Shown piece after piece: positions 27,303 through 40,300 of a stretch of DNA of 64,000 nt. Position 1 is the first letter of the stretch; every line of letters starts with the position of its first letter. The stretch is from positions 268,150,001 to 268,214,000 of the forward strand of contig OZ024743.1 in assembly GCA_964016885.1 (NCBI GenBank), written 5' to 3'. A model generated the notes under the pieces. The model saw nothing but the letters and a program-made list of their open reading frames with translations, was not told where the DNA came from and did not search any database. Source of the stretch: Eledone cirrhosa (lineage: Eukaryota). The translations under genes were made by a program, and so were the position numbers.

Positions 27303-27551
27303 TGTGTGTGTCTGTGTGTGTCTGTGTGTCGGGCGAAGGATTCAAGAACACCCGCTTTGTCCGTTACCTTGTCGATTCAATTCGGATTGCCCCAGGAACG
27401 TAACCTTATTATGTAAGAATCTGCCTCATCATGTTCCGACACTGGGTACACGGAATCGTGTGGCCACTGTCGTCATTGAAATATGTATCATAGCATTATC
27501 ATTAAAGGTTTTTAACATCTGAAACTACTTCGCATTATCTTATTCTCTCTT

Positions 27552-27740
27552 GGCCGGTGGATTGGCAGTATCGGTAGAGGGTCGGACGCCATGCTTTCCA
27601 GCATAGTTACGTCCCTTTATGATCTGAGTTCAAATCCCGCCGAGGTTGACTTTGCCTTTCATCCTTACGGGGTCGATAAACTAAAGTACCAGTAATGAAC
27701 TGGGTAATTGCTGGCCTTGTGCCTTAAGTAGAAACAATTA
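27552..27740 (+). mobile_element. tRNA-derived SINE, family 1
   Basis: Box A-like tggcagtatcggtaga and box B-like gagttcaaatccc. Near-identical copies at 29418 and 60834, and a more diverged one at 35025. Confidence 0.9.
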
Positions 27741-27746
27741 TCTTAT

Positions 27747-27805
<59 letters not shown>

Positions 27806-27812
<7 letters not shown>

Positions 27813-28385
27813 AGTATGTATACGTACATGTATATATGTATAGAGACGTACAGTAGTATGTATATATATACATACATGCACACATATATATATGTACGTA
27901 TGGATATACCGAGCATTTATTATAATGCTTGGTTTGTTTTCAAACAAACATCCCGAATTAAGCCGAACAGTGTTTACCAACCATTGTTGCCCTTTTGTTC
28001 AACACTGACAAAGGAACGATGAACTAGTTTCAAGCTTATTAGCTATTGTCAGCACCGTATACCTTCCTGCCCGATGATTGAACGTCTGAAAGCATATACT
28101 TTCCTTATGCATATTAAGGGCTGAGCAGGCTAAATTGCATATTGAGTGAGTTAATCGGCTGGGCGCACCAAAAATGATAAATGGAAAAAATGAAACGAAA
28201 TTTCATTTCTCACTCTTAGTAAATCCATACGTACATATATGTATATATATGTGTGCATGTATGTATATATATATATATACATAGTACTGTACGTCTGTAT
28301 ATATATATGTACGTACGTATACATACTTATATTTAAGTAACAGCCGTACGAAGAGTGAGAAATGAAATTTCGTTTCATTTTTTCC

Positions 28386-28390
<5 letters not shown>
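27806..28390. repeat. Interleaved inverted duplications (A..B A' B')
   Basis: 27806-27905 is the inverse of 28222-28333; 28178-28218 is the inverse of 28352-28390. Confidence 0.75.
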
Positions 28391-28445
<55 letters not shown>

Positions 28446-28947
28446 CTCATATTATATTATAGATATCCCAAAATATATAATTAAATAATGAAATAATTCA
28501 ATATAATTATTTCACTTACTCTACACCCTCACAAATATGAGCCATACAATTTATATACATATATTAATATTAATAGTCTATTTTTTAACTCTAATATACT
28601 TTTTTCTTATATTCTTTCCTTAAATTCCTTCCACCCTAATAATAACGTATATCTCCTCTTCCCTTAAAAAATAATCCTAATAATTATTTAAATTTACCTA
28701 GCGCCTAAATATAACGATCTTTTTCAATGTTAACGTTACGCTCATTAGTATATTCATTCATTGATTTGAAATTATTTTTCACTATTGAAACAAAACTTAA
28801 AACAATAAGTTCTTGTTTTGAATATGTCACAATCTGTAAAACAACTTTTATATTTTGGTACCCTTGGTACCCTTGAAATATATATCATAAAAAAATATAG
28901 TTTTATAAAGATAGTTTCCATTTATTAATATTATTGATACATATATA

Positions 28948-29870
28948 TAATGCCTTCTTAACCACTTTTTCAGTTTGTATGGCGTTTTAACATATTGTTT
29001 AGCTCTGTTTTTTTTAACTATTGAGCGCTTGCCAGCATTTCTACGATTTTGCGTTTTGTTTCGCTTTTTCTACCAGTTGAAATACGATTCTCGGTGAATT
29101 ATATTTGTATTAATCTCCCGAGTTTTACAAATAACCTGTTAATAATTCTATTGACAGATTAATTGCATAAGTTTATTTTTAAAAAGTACCCGGTTGAGTG
29201 CTTAATCGATGTGTGCTATCTATGCAATTTTTTGTATCATATACACATACTGAATTCCTTTGCCAAAATATGGGGAATCTCCCCTTGTGACCTACGCATG
29301 TGCGTTTACTATGCTCTGCGTCACTCTCAAAGTTGCTTACAGAGCAGAATTACCTGTTGATAACGTGATATTCCTTGTTCGATCTTTATGCTGAAAGCTT
29401 ATAGTTTTAAGCAGACAGGTGGATTGGCAGTATCAGTAGAGGGTCGGACGCCATGCTTTCCAGCATAGTTACGTCCCTTTACGATCTGAGTTCAAATCCC
29501 GCCGAGGTTGACTTTGCCTTTCATCCTTACGGGGTCGATAAAATAAAGTATCAGTAATGCACTGGGTAATTGCTGGCCTTGTGCCTAAAGTAGAAACAAT
29601 TATTGATTTAGGTGTCATAGAAACCCTGCATTTGGATTTTACCACCGGGTCCAGGTTTTATCATTTATTTTGTTTGACCTGTTTAGCTTGATTTGTTTTT
29701 TGGCTTAGGTGGTTAATGCCTTCTTAACCACTTTTTCAGTTTGTATGGCGTTTTAACATATTGTTTAGCTCTGGTTTTTTTACTATTGAACGCTTACCAG
29801 CAGTTCTACGATTTTGCGTTTCGTTTCGCTTTTTCTACCAGCCGAAATACGATTCTCGCTGAATTATATT
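28948..29870. mobile_element. Non-coding unit with ~160-bp direct terminal repeats, interrupted by a SINE
   Basis: 28948-29106 matches 29714-29870; it begins and ends at (TA)n. Confidence 0.65.
29418..29602 (+). mobile_element. tRNA-derived SINE, family 1
   Basis: Near-identical to 27552-27740. Confidence 0.9.
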
Positions 29871-29983
29871 TATATATATATATATATATATTTGCATACA
29901 TACATGCACAATTGTCTGAGTACTGTTTGTTTTATTTATTAACTATATATATAGTCTCTCGTATTTTATTCCACTGGGCAGCC

Positions 29984-30605
29984 AGTTTGTGAATCACGCT
30001 AAGATACCATGTGCGTTATTATATATAGCACACTATTTATTTTTTCTTAATATACTTAGAAGTGTTTAGGATACTAATTTGTCACCCACTGATGAGCAAG
30101 AATTGGTATTTCTATTCACAATTAATTAGTATTGCGAAACACCACCAAGCTGTCTGGGTGATTGGTAGTTACCACAATTCCGGTTTGTATTTATTTTCTT
30201 GATTTTTTCTTAAATTGAGACAGGCAAACCCTATTGTCTATAGTTAATATTCTTTTCACCTTAGCAAATCTGGTCCCTTGCGATTTGTATACATATTACA
30301 TATATGTATAAATCTGTGTTCGTTTTCCTTTAATATTCAATTATAATATACGGCTCGGAAAAATCTTTTTCCTAGAGCTATTTTATTGTAAGAGACTATT
30401 TTGAGTTCCTAACTCAATATATACCTTTGATATATTCGACTCCATTAATTTGTTGAGCTATTTCAAATGTCGAATAAACCTGGCTGCTATTTTTAGTGAT
30501 GTAAGTTTGTAAGACACGCTAAGATACCATGTGCGTTATTATATATAGCACACTATTCAGTTCCTTAATATACTTAGAAGTGTCAGGATACTAATTTGTC
30601 ACCCA
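29984..30605 (+). mobile_element. Retrozyme-like / pLTR-like unit: ~520-bp monomer plus ~100-bp direct terminal repeat
   Basis: acgctaagataccatgtgcg...ctaatttgtcaccca at 29996-30088 is repeated at 30516-30605. No ORF. Contains a hammerhead. Confidence 0.7.
30082..30161 (+). ncRNA. Type I hammerhead ribozyme with intact core
   Basis: tcaccca-CTGATGA-gcaa..aattggt..attaatt..ttgc-GAAA-ca-ccaccaagc-tg-TC-tgggtga. Helix I is 7 bp, helix II is closed by G-C, helix III is 3 bp, and the GUC site predicts cleavage after 30154. Confidence 0.88.
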
Positions 30606-30610
30606 TTTGA

Positions 30611-31098
30611 CGCGAGTCTAGAAATAGCAGTCGAAACGGCTTGAGCTCTGCCGTCGGGGTCATAACTGTTCCTATTATCCACTCTACTATCCTAAGTATT
30701 GAGTACTCTGGTGCGTTATGGTCCATCTGGTTCCTTACGACAATTCCTTCGTTATATATATATATATATGAAAGTTTGGTAAAATCGAAGCTTTGGCTGT
30801 ATCCAAGCTAACGAGTTACAAGGAGGAATCTCAGAGTAATAACTTTTCGACGGCTAATTCTGGAGTCCAGAATTAGCCGTCGAAACGGCTTGAGCTCAGC
30901 CGTCGGGGTCCTACTCGTTCCTATTACCCACTCTACTACCCTAAGTATTGAGTACTTTGGTGCGTTATGGTCCACCTGGTTCCTTACCACATTTACTTCG
31001 TTATATATATATATATATATGAAAGTTTGGTAAAATCGAAGCTTTGGCTGTATCCAAGCCAACGAGTTACAAGGAGGAATCTCAGAGTAATAACATTC
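30611..31098. mobile_element. Tandem pair of family B plus adjacent segment (~250-bp period) with a perfect palindromic junction
   Basis: 30615-30843 is repeated at 30866-31094. Junction tttcgacggctaattctgga-g-tccagaattagccgtcgaaa. Confidence 0.75.
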
Positions 31099-32159
31099 GT
31101 TAGACGGCATGACAAATTGAAAACTGTGGCAAGCAGGCCCAGCCACGACACCGAAGCAACGAGAAAACCAACACTTGTGAATCCTTCTATGGTTATGTAT
31201 ATTAAGTCTGAAATTTATTCAAGTAACCAGCAGCTAAATCTGCACCTTCCAGATTCACTCTCTATTAAATCATAGGATATGTTAGAATCTACACAGGTCA
31301 CCCAATCCTAGCACTACCACTAGCCTACCACTGACAACACCGCCCACAATAACAACAATACAACAATAAAACTGTCACTTGCATTAGAAATATATCCGAC
31401 GAACTTCCGTCTTCTTCGTTTGTACTTTATTAGAGCTTCCATTCTTCTTCTTCTTCTTCTTTTTCTTCTTTTTCTACGATGTCTCTTGCTTCTTTTCCCT
31501 CTACTTTTTCATTATCCTCTACCTTCCTCCTACTCGTTTTCTTTTATGTTTTCTCCCGTTCACTTTCCACTGTTAATTTCTTCTTTTTTTGTTGTTGTAG
31601 TTTTCATGTTAATTAAGTTCCGCTGTTTTGCCTTTTGTTGGATTTTGTTTAATTTGTCGACCCTCCATTGTGGTTGTTATAGTTGTTGTTACGGATACTC
31701 TTGTTTATCTTTGCACTTTATTTCTTCTTCTTCTTCTTCTTCTTCTTCTTCTTCTTCTTCTTCTTCTTCTTCTTCTTCAATATTTTTATTATTATTGTTG
31801 TTTTTTTTTGTTACATTTGTTATTGAGTTTTTTTTGTTTTATCGTAGTTAGTTCGTTCCGGTCAATGACCAAACGTGTTCTTCATATTCATTTTCAATAC
31901 TTTCGTGCCTGTAATTTTTGGTAACAACTTCCTTACTACACACGTTAGAACAAATGTACCGCAACCTAACATTTATAATGATTGTACTTTCTCACTCCCT
32001 TCCTCCTTTTATTTATTTATTTATTATATTATTTTATTTATTTTGTTGTAACTTCCTTGTTTTCTTTTCTTTGTATTTTTTCCATCTGTTTCATTTATTT
32101 ATGTATTTATTCACTTCCCGTCATGCCTACACGACAAGATATACACTCTTTCTCATTTA

Positions 32160-32555
32160 GAAACACCCACAAACACACACATACAAACACACACAAACAC
32201 AAACACACACAGGAATACACGCAAACACAAACACACATACACACACATACATACACATGCATGCACAATCACATATACACACATACACACATTCATACGG
32301 AGACATGACGCACATTGGTACATGCACATATGTTGACACACAAACATACATATATACATACTTGCCTACATACATACACATATAACTTCACCCATCCATT
32401 CAGTCATCCATTCATCTTTCCATACATACACACATACACACATACATACATACATACATACATACACACATACATACATACATACATACATACATACATA
32501 CATACATACATACATACATACATACATACATACATACATACATACATACACCTAC
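32160..32555. repeat. (CA)n / (TACA)n microsatellite region
   Basis: Direct reading. Confidence 0.9.
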
Positions 32556-32811
32556 ACTCACAGACCGTACGTCATTTTCAAAGGCGAAACACCTGCAACG
32601 TCAACTCTGGCCGTGAAATTCTCTTACTTTCTTTAGTATTAGTATATCACGTGTGAAACTAAAAGATGAACTCTATTTTCTTACTATTGTATTCGCTTCA
32701 GCTAGAGTGTTATAGATATGCTAAAGCATGATGCACTCTATTTCCACAGTGGGATGACCTGAAACCAATTAATCAATGTAATGATTGAAGTAGCACTAAC
32801 TTCACCTACCA

Positions 32812-33228
32812 TGGCAGAATGGCAGTGTCGTAACAGCATCGTACAAATGCTCAGCAGTATGTCGATACAGCCCTCTACGTTCTGGCTTAAAATTCCACCG
32901 AGGTCGGCTTTGTCTTTTATCCTTGCGGTCAATAAATTAAACACCCATTAAGTACTAGAGTTGATTGAATCAATTTTGTCCTATCCTCCAAATTTGGTGA
33001 CCTTGTGTCGAAATTATAAATCATCATTTTATTGTTGTTGTTGATTGGTAGAATCGTTTGAGAGTGAGGAAACATGCCATGCGCTACTGAGTTCCAAACT
33101 TGCCGAGGTAAACATTCCCTTTTTTACTTCCATGTTCAATTAAATATATTAGCTTTCCAGTACTGGGGCCCATTTAAACGAATTTTTAGCAAATTTGAAA
33201 TTGATGATGATGTGCCTAAATTAGAAAC
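32812..33228 (+). mobile_element. Two older, diverged family 1 SINE copies in tandem
   Basis: ccgaggtcggctttgtcttttatcc..ccttgtgtc (32812-33025) and gagttccaaacttgccgaggt..gtgcctaaattagaaac (33045-33228). Confidence 0.6.
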
Positions 33229-33543
33229 CTTGCCGCTCACTTATGGAGAAATTTTGGTCTAGAACGGATGTATTACTTACATAGATACCTGACCTTGCAT
33301 TGCTACCGGGGGTATTGTCGTATCGATATGAGTTCTACAGGCAAGGAAATGCTCTCAGCCGGGCTGGTCTAAGATGCATGCAGTCCGATTAAACTGTCGT
33401 TCATGCACACGTCCAGTTTCCGAGCATTGCTGACATGTATAGATCTGTCAAACACCTACTGTCGGGGTGGGATAGGTACGGCCATCAGTTGAGTCCATGT
33501 TAAGGACGTCCTGGCAATGGCATATTTTGTTTTTTATTTAATA

Positions 33544-34069
33544 CTAGCAGTGGTACCCGGCCTTGCACGGGATAAAATATTGTGAAATATATAACCGCCT
33601 TAGCTAAGCTTAGTATTGCCACAACAACGGCTGGCAAAGAAGTAAGAGTCTGGTGGTACGTAAGTAAGCAACACTGTGGCTTAAAACGAAGATGTGTGCA
33701 CTTACCAACTGTTTGGGCAATGAGTGTGAGATTTGTCTTGAACAAGGGTGGCTGAATAACCGGAGGCAGCAGACAGCCAGACATACAGACCGATATTATA
33801 AGGGCGCGACGTTATATGTATGTATCTATCTAAAAAGAGAAAGACTAAGAATTAGGGACCGCATTAGGCGATTTAGCAATCTAAATCGCCTAATGCGGTC
33901 CCTAGGGCAGTGAAAATTTGAAATCATTTTTGCTCAGAACACTCCCTGAAACATAAGTATTACATGTGTAAAGTTTGAAAACAATCGGTTGGGTGGTTCT
34001 CTAGTTTCAGGGATTCAAACTCACACTCACACACAGACAGACATCCTCAGTTTTATATATATATATAGA
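33544..34069 (-). mobile_element. Complete non-autonomous Helitron
   Basis: Minus strand runs A|TCTATATA...cccgtgcaaggccggg hairpin-taccactg-CTAG|T, with no TSD. The 5' part is homologous to the 7081 element. Confidence 0.8.
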
Positions 34070-35024
34070 TAATTCTGGAAAGAGAATTTTAGATATGCGA
34101 ACCTTGGTAGCGTAGCAGAAAAATCATTGATTTATAACACTGGGTCCTTATCACATTGTAGTTTTGTTTGTTGTCAGACTTTTGACTTTAACTCAAATGC
34201 GTTCACCTGGATCTAAGTTGTTGCTGTTGTTGGTATGCTTTTTTTTTCATCTGGATTAATTCTAACCAAACAAAAATGCAATCCAAAATGTTTCATTTAT
34301 GCTTGTTATGTATTTGTAGTGTTTGTTGATGTTGCTCAGGGCGGTGTTTAGTTTCAAGTCAGCCCTCATTGAACAGAGGTCTTATGATAATCATTTTTAG
34401 AGCTTTTATGATTTCGTCTATCGAAGACAGATCATCGTCTACGATTAGTTAGAGCGCCGCTACATTCGCATGCGTGGAACAGCGTATTCAGTAACTCATA
34501 GAAATTAACTGATCCTGTGATAATTCCATGATTTAATCAGAAACAAGCATCATGTTTTAACGATCGAATTGGTATTTTAAAAGAATTAATTGTAACATTA
34601 TATACTCGTTTGGAATTTAAAACAAATACACTTCGCATTCAGACCGCTTCCATCCTATTGCCATAAACACTTTTTGCAGCGATGGATTAAAGAAAACACT
34701 ACCACCTCTATCTCTATCTCCCACGCACACACACAATCTAAGCATCCCATTTCCATAGATTGGTCGCTTCCCAATAATATATTAATCGCTGTCCTGGCGT
34801 ATCTTTTACTTGTTTTCATCAACTTAGAGGTTTTTTCAACTGATATCCTGGTGATACTATTGTACCACCGCCTCGGCTACATTTACAAACACTGAAATTT
34901 GTAAAATAAAGACCACAAAGAAACGTTTCGAAGGAAGAAGAACAGAACAGAAAATATATCTCAGCAGTGAACCATCGAAATAATTAAAACTAGTCATTGA
35001 TTGACGTTCACAAGAAGAGAAATA

Positions 35025-35208
35025 TAATTGTTTCTACTCTTGGCACATGGCCAGCAATTAATCCAGTGTATTACTGGTACTTTATTTTATTGACCCCGTA
35101 AGGATGAAAGGCAAAGTTAACCTCGGCGGGATTTGAACTCAGAATGGAAAGGGCCGTAACTTTGTGTCAAAAAATGGCGTCTGACCCTCTACCAATACTG
35201 CCAATCCA
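35025..35208 (-). mobile_element. tRNA-derived SINE, family 1
   Basis: Reverse complement of the 27552 family. Confidence 0.88.
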
Positions 35209-35504
35209 ATACAAACGAATAAGGTGGAAATATGGAAATAACACCGGAATCTTCAAATTGCAACCTACTTAGGACATAATGAATAATGAAATCTTGGCTA
35301 ACCCTAAAGTCTGAGATTTCCACGGTTGTTATCGCTTTGTTTATTGGTCTCCTCAATCAGGATTGATCCGAACTGAACAACACAAACGACGAAAATACTT
35401 CATCAGCGTAAAGAAACATTTGTCTGGATGTAAATTACATGAGATTCTTTAGATTGCAGTTTGCAGTTGATAATGATTCCCTTGGCAAACTATCAGCGAG
35501 ATAT

Positions 35505-35840
35505 GTGGACGCAGCATAGAGAAGTAGCTCAGGAGATCGCTTCGCATTCATTACATTTTGTGTTCGATCCCACTGCGTGACACCTTGGACAGGTGTCATT
35601 TACCATAGCCTTAGTGTGACCCATGCTTCGGAAACTCTTTGGAAGCTCATTGGATGGCATGTACATGTAATTCACAGGGTGCCGTCTGGCCAGACACTGA
35701 ATCGCACTGAATCACCTTGATAATTATGTTAAAGATACTGGAGCTTGTGGAATACACAGCTACTTAAAAGTTAATTTCAGGTGCAGACCGTTCCCTTTGA
35801 TTGAACAACTGCAGAATCCATCATCAGAACCGACGGAGGT
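35505..35840 (+). mobile_element. Diverged SINE-like repeat, family 2
   Basis: gttcgatcccactgcgtgacaccttggacag box B region; body similar to 58865-59185. Confidence 0.5.
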
Positions 35841-36190
35841 CCGTTCTATTGATGAGACAAGCATCTTATTCAGGAGTTAAAGGGCCTCTTGATTGACCGT
35901 CGCATAGAGAATCGGGCTCAGTACCAACAGACAGCAGCTTCTCTCGATAAATGCTTAATTATAAAATGGCAAAAGAAGAATATGTCAGTTAGAAAATCTG
36001 GCGCTTCTCCAGTATAGTTAGAGCCGGCAGAATGAGATTAATACAAGACTATAAGAATACAAGGAAAAATAGTGACTATTGTTAATTTCATGAAAACCAG
36101 TCTCCAGCACGAATAGACGCAGATACCTCAAGCAGTTTTTGGATATTTATTTATTTGTTTGTTATTTTCTTATTTTATTTATCTATTTAC

Positions 36191-36221
<31 letters not shown>

Positions 36222-36546
36222 TGTAGTATTTAGTTAGTTAATTTGTTCTCCGCTGCTAAATATTTAAACACCGTCGGAGTAGTTTAAAGCTCAAGTCTCT
36301 CACACTCTCTATTTCTCTCACTTTCTCTCCTTTTCTCACTCTCTTCCTCTTTCTCGCACACACACACACACATACTCGCTTCTCTCTCTCGCACCCTCCC
36401 TCACACACACACATACACTCTTCTCTCTCTCTCTCACTCTCACTCTCTCTCACACACACAAACACTCTTCGCACTCTTTCCCGCTCACACACACACATAC
36501 ATACACTCACCTCTCTCTCTCTCACACACACACACATACACTCTTT

Positions 36547-36580
<34 letters not shown>

Positions 36581-36589
36581 ACACTCTTT

Positions 36590-36623
<34 letters not shown>

Positions 36624-36639
36624 ACATACACGCTCACTA

Positions 36640-36960
36640 GTAATACCACAAACACCTACTTCACTCACCCACTAACCCCCATATGCAGACCAACAGAGTG
36701 CTAGAAATAGTTACTTCACTGACATAGTCTCAATCACCCACTACATCCCCATATGTAGACCAAGACAGTGCCACAAACACCTACTTCACTCATATAGTCT
36801 CACTCACCCTTACATCCCTTATATAGACCACTGTCATACCTTCACAAACTGTTGCTTCACTCATCACATCCTCCACTTATATAGACCAACACAGTGTCAC
36901 AAACACCTACTTTTATCATATACTCACCTTTACCGCATTCCTCCTCATATATAGACCAGC
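36640..36960. repeat. Degenerate ~60-70-bp minisatellite upstream of the large array
   Basis: Recurrent cacaaacacctacttcactca..atatagacca. Confidence 0.7.
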
Positions 36961-37354
36961 AAGACTATAACAATAACAACAAAAACAATGGAAACGACAG
37001 TAACAACAACAACACAATGACATGAAAAGCAATAGCAACAACAACAATAAAAGGCCTCAATATTTCAACACTTCAATCAACTAGAATTAGTATAATCAGC
37101 ACCATAACATAATCACCGAAACTACTTCAAACATTACTAGCTCCATCACTACTACCACCACCAGCATCACTAATACCTCCACCACAAAGAGCACTAACAC
37201 ACAACCAGCATCACCACTACATACCTACCATTGTTCTTCACACTTCCCCACATTCCCCCCAATCTTAGCATCTATGTTCACCCCTACGTCAGCATGTCCG
37301 ACATTTATCAACCATGCCACTATAAACAAACACACCTATTGTGACAAATTGATG

Positions 37355-40300
37355 CACCACCGTCTCCACTACCAACACCACTACCCACTCCACTACCAAC
37401 ACCACTACCAACACCACTACCCACTCCACTACCAACACCACTACCAACACCACTACCCACTCCACTACCAACACCACTACCAACACCACTACCAACACCA
37501 CTACCAACACCACTACCAACACCACTACCAACACCACTACCAACACCACTACCCACTCCACTACCAACACCACTACCCACTCCACTACCAACACCACTAC
37601 CAACACCACTACCCACTCCACTACCAACACCACTACCAACACCACTACCCACTCCACTACCAACACCACTACCAACACCACTACCAACACCACTACCAAC
37701 ACCACTACCAACACCACTACCAACACCACTACCAACACCACTACCCACTCCACTACCAACACCACTACCCACTCCACTACCAACACCACTACCAACACCA
37801 CTACCCACTCCACTACCAACACCACTACCAACACCACTACCCACTCCACTACCAACACCACTACCACACCACTACCCACTCCACTACCAACACCACTACC
37901 AACACCACTACCAACACCACTACCAACACCACTACCCACTCCACTACCAACACCACTACCAACACCACTACCCACTCCACTACCAACACCACTACCAACA
38001 CCACTACCCACTCCACTACCAACACCACTACCCACTCCACTACCAACACCACTACCAACACCACTACCCACTCCACTACCAACACCACTACCAACACCAC
38101 TACCCACTCCACTACCAACACCACTACCCACTCCACTACCAACACCACTACCAACACCACTACCCACTCCACTACCAACACCACTACCAACACCACTACC
38201 CACTCCACTACCAACACCACTACCAACACCACTACCCACTCCACTACCAACACCACTACCAACACCACTACCCACTCCACTACCAACACCACTCCCACTC
38301 CACACCAACACCACTACCAACACCACTACCCACTCCACTACCAACACCACTACCAACACCACTACCCACTCCACTACCAACACCACTACCAACACCACTA
38401 CCCACTCCACTACCAACACCACTACCAACACCACTACCAACACCACTACCAACACCACTACCCACTCCACTACCAACACCACTACCAACACCACTACCCA
38501 CTCCACTACCAACACCACTACCCACTCCACTACCAACACCACTACCAACACCACTACCCACTCCACTACCAACACCACTACCAACACCACTACCCACTCC
38601 ACTACCAACACCACTACCCACTCCACTACCAACACCACTACCAACACCACTACCCACTCCACTACCAACACCACTACCAACACCACTACCCACTCCACTA
38701 CCAACACCACTACCAACACCACTACCCACTCCACTACCAACACCACTACCAACACCACTACCAACACCACTACCAACACCACTACCCACTCCACTACCAA
38801 CACCACTACCAACACCACTACCAACACCACTACCCACTCCACTACCAACACCACTACCAACACCACTACCCACTCCACTACCAACACCACTACCAACACC
38901 ACTACCAACACCACTACCAACACCACTACCCACTCCACTACCAACACCACTACCAACACCACTACCCACTCCACTACCAACACCACTACCAACACCACTA
39001 CCCACTCCACTACCAACACCACTACCCACTCCACTACCAACACCACTACCAACACCACTACCAACACCACTACCAACACCACTACCCACCCACTACCAAC
39101 ACCACTACCCACTCCACTACCAACACCACTACCCACTCCACTACCAACACCACTACCCACTCCACTACCAACACCACTACCCACTCCACTACCAACACCA
39201 CTACCCACTCCACTACCAACTCCACTACCAACACCACTACCAACACCACTACCCACTCCACTACCAACACCACTACCAACACCACTACCCACTCCACTAC
39301 CAACACCACTACCAACACCACTACCCACTCCACTACCAACACCACTACCAACACCACTACCAACACCACTACCAACACCACTACCCACTCCACTACCAAC
39401 ACCACTACCAACACCACTACCCACTCCACTACCAACACCACTACCCACTCCACTACCAACACCACTACCAACACCACTACCAACACCACTACCAACACCA
39501 CTACCCACTCCACTACCAACACCACTACCCACTCCACTACCAACACCACTACCCACTCCACTACCAACACCACTACCCACTCCACTACCAACACCACTAC
39601 CCACTCCACTACCAACACCACTACCAACACCACTACCAACACCACTACCAACACCACTACCAACTCCACTACCAACACCACTACCAACTCCACTACCAAC
39701 ACCACTACCCACACCACTACCAACACCACTACCCACTCCACTACCAACACCACTACCAACACCACTACCAACACCACTACCAACACCACTACCAACACCA
39801 CTACCCACACCACTACCAACACCACTACCAACACCACTACCCACTCCACTACCAACACCACTACCCACTCCACTACCAACACCACTACCAACACCACTAC
39901 CAACACCACTACCAACACCACTACCCACACCACTACCAACACCACTACCAACACCACTACCAACACCACTACCCACACCACTACCAACACCACTACCAAC
40001 ACCACTACCCACTCCACTACCAACACCACTACCCACTCCACTACCAACACCACTACCAACACCACTACCAACACCACTACCCACTCCACTACCAACACCA
40101 CTACCAACACCACTACCAACTCCACTACCAACACCACTACCCACTCCACTACCCACTCCACTACCCACTCCACTACCAACACCACTACCAACACCACTAC
40201 CCACTCCACTACCATCTCCACTACCAACACCACTACCAACACCACTACCAACACCACTACCAACACCACTACCCACTCCACTACCAACACCACTACCAAC

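Noticed and set aside
27552-27740. tRNA genes suggested by box A/B motifs
   Set aside because: No cloverleaf, and multiple dispersed copies share a non-tRNA tail, so these are SINEs.
36640-36960. CRISPR-like repeat-spacer pattern
   Set aside because: The repeats are degenerate with related intervening sequence, the context is eukaryotic, and there are no cas genes.
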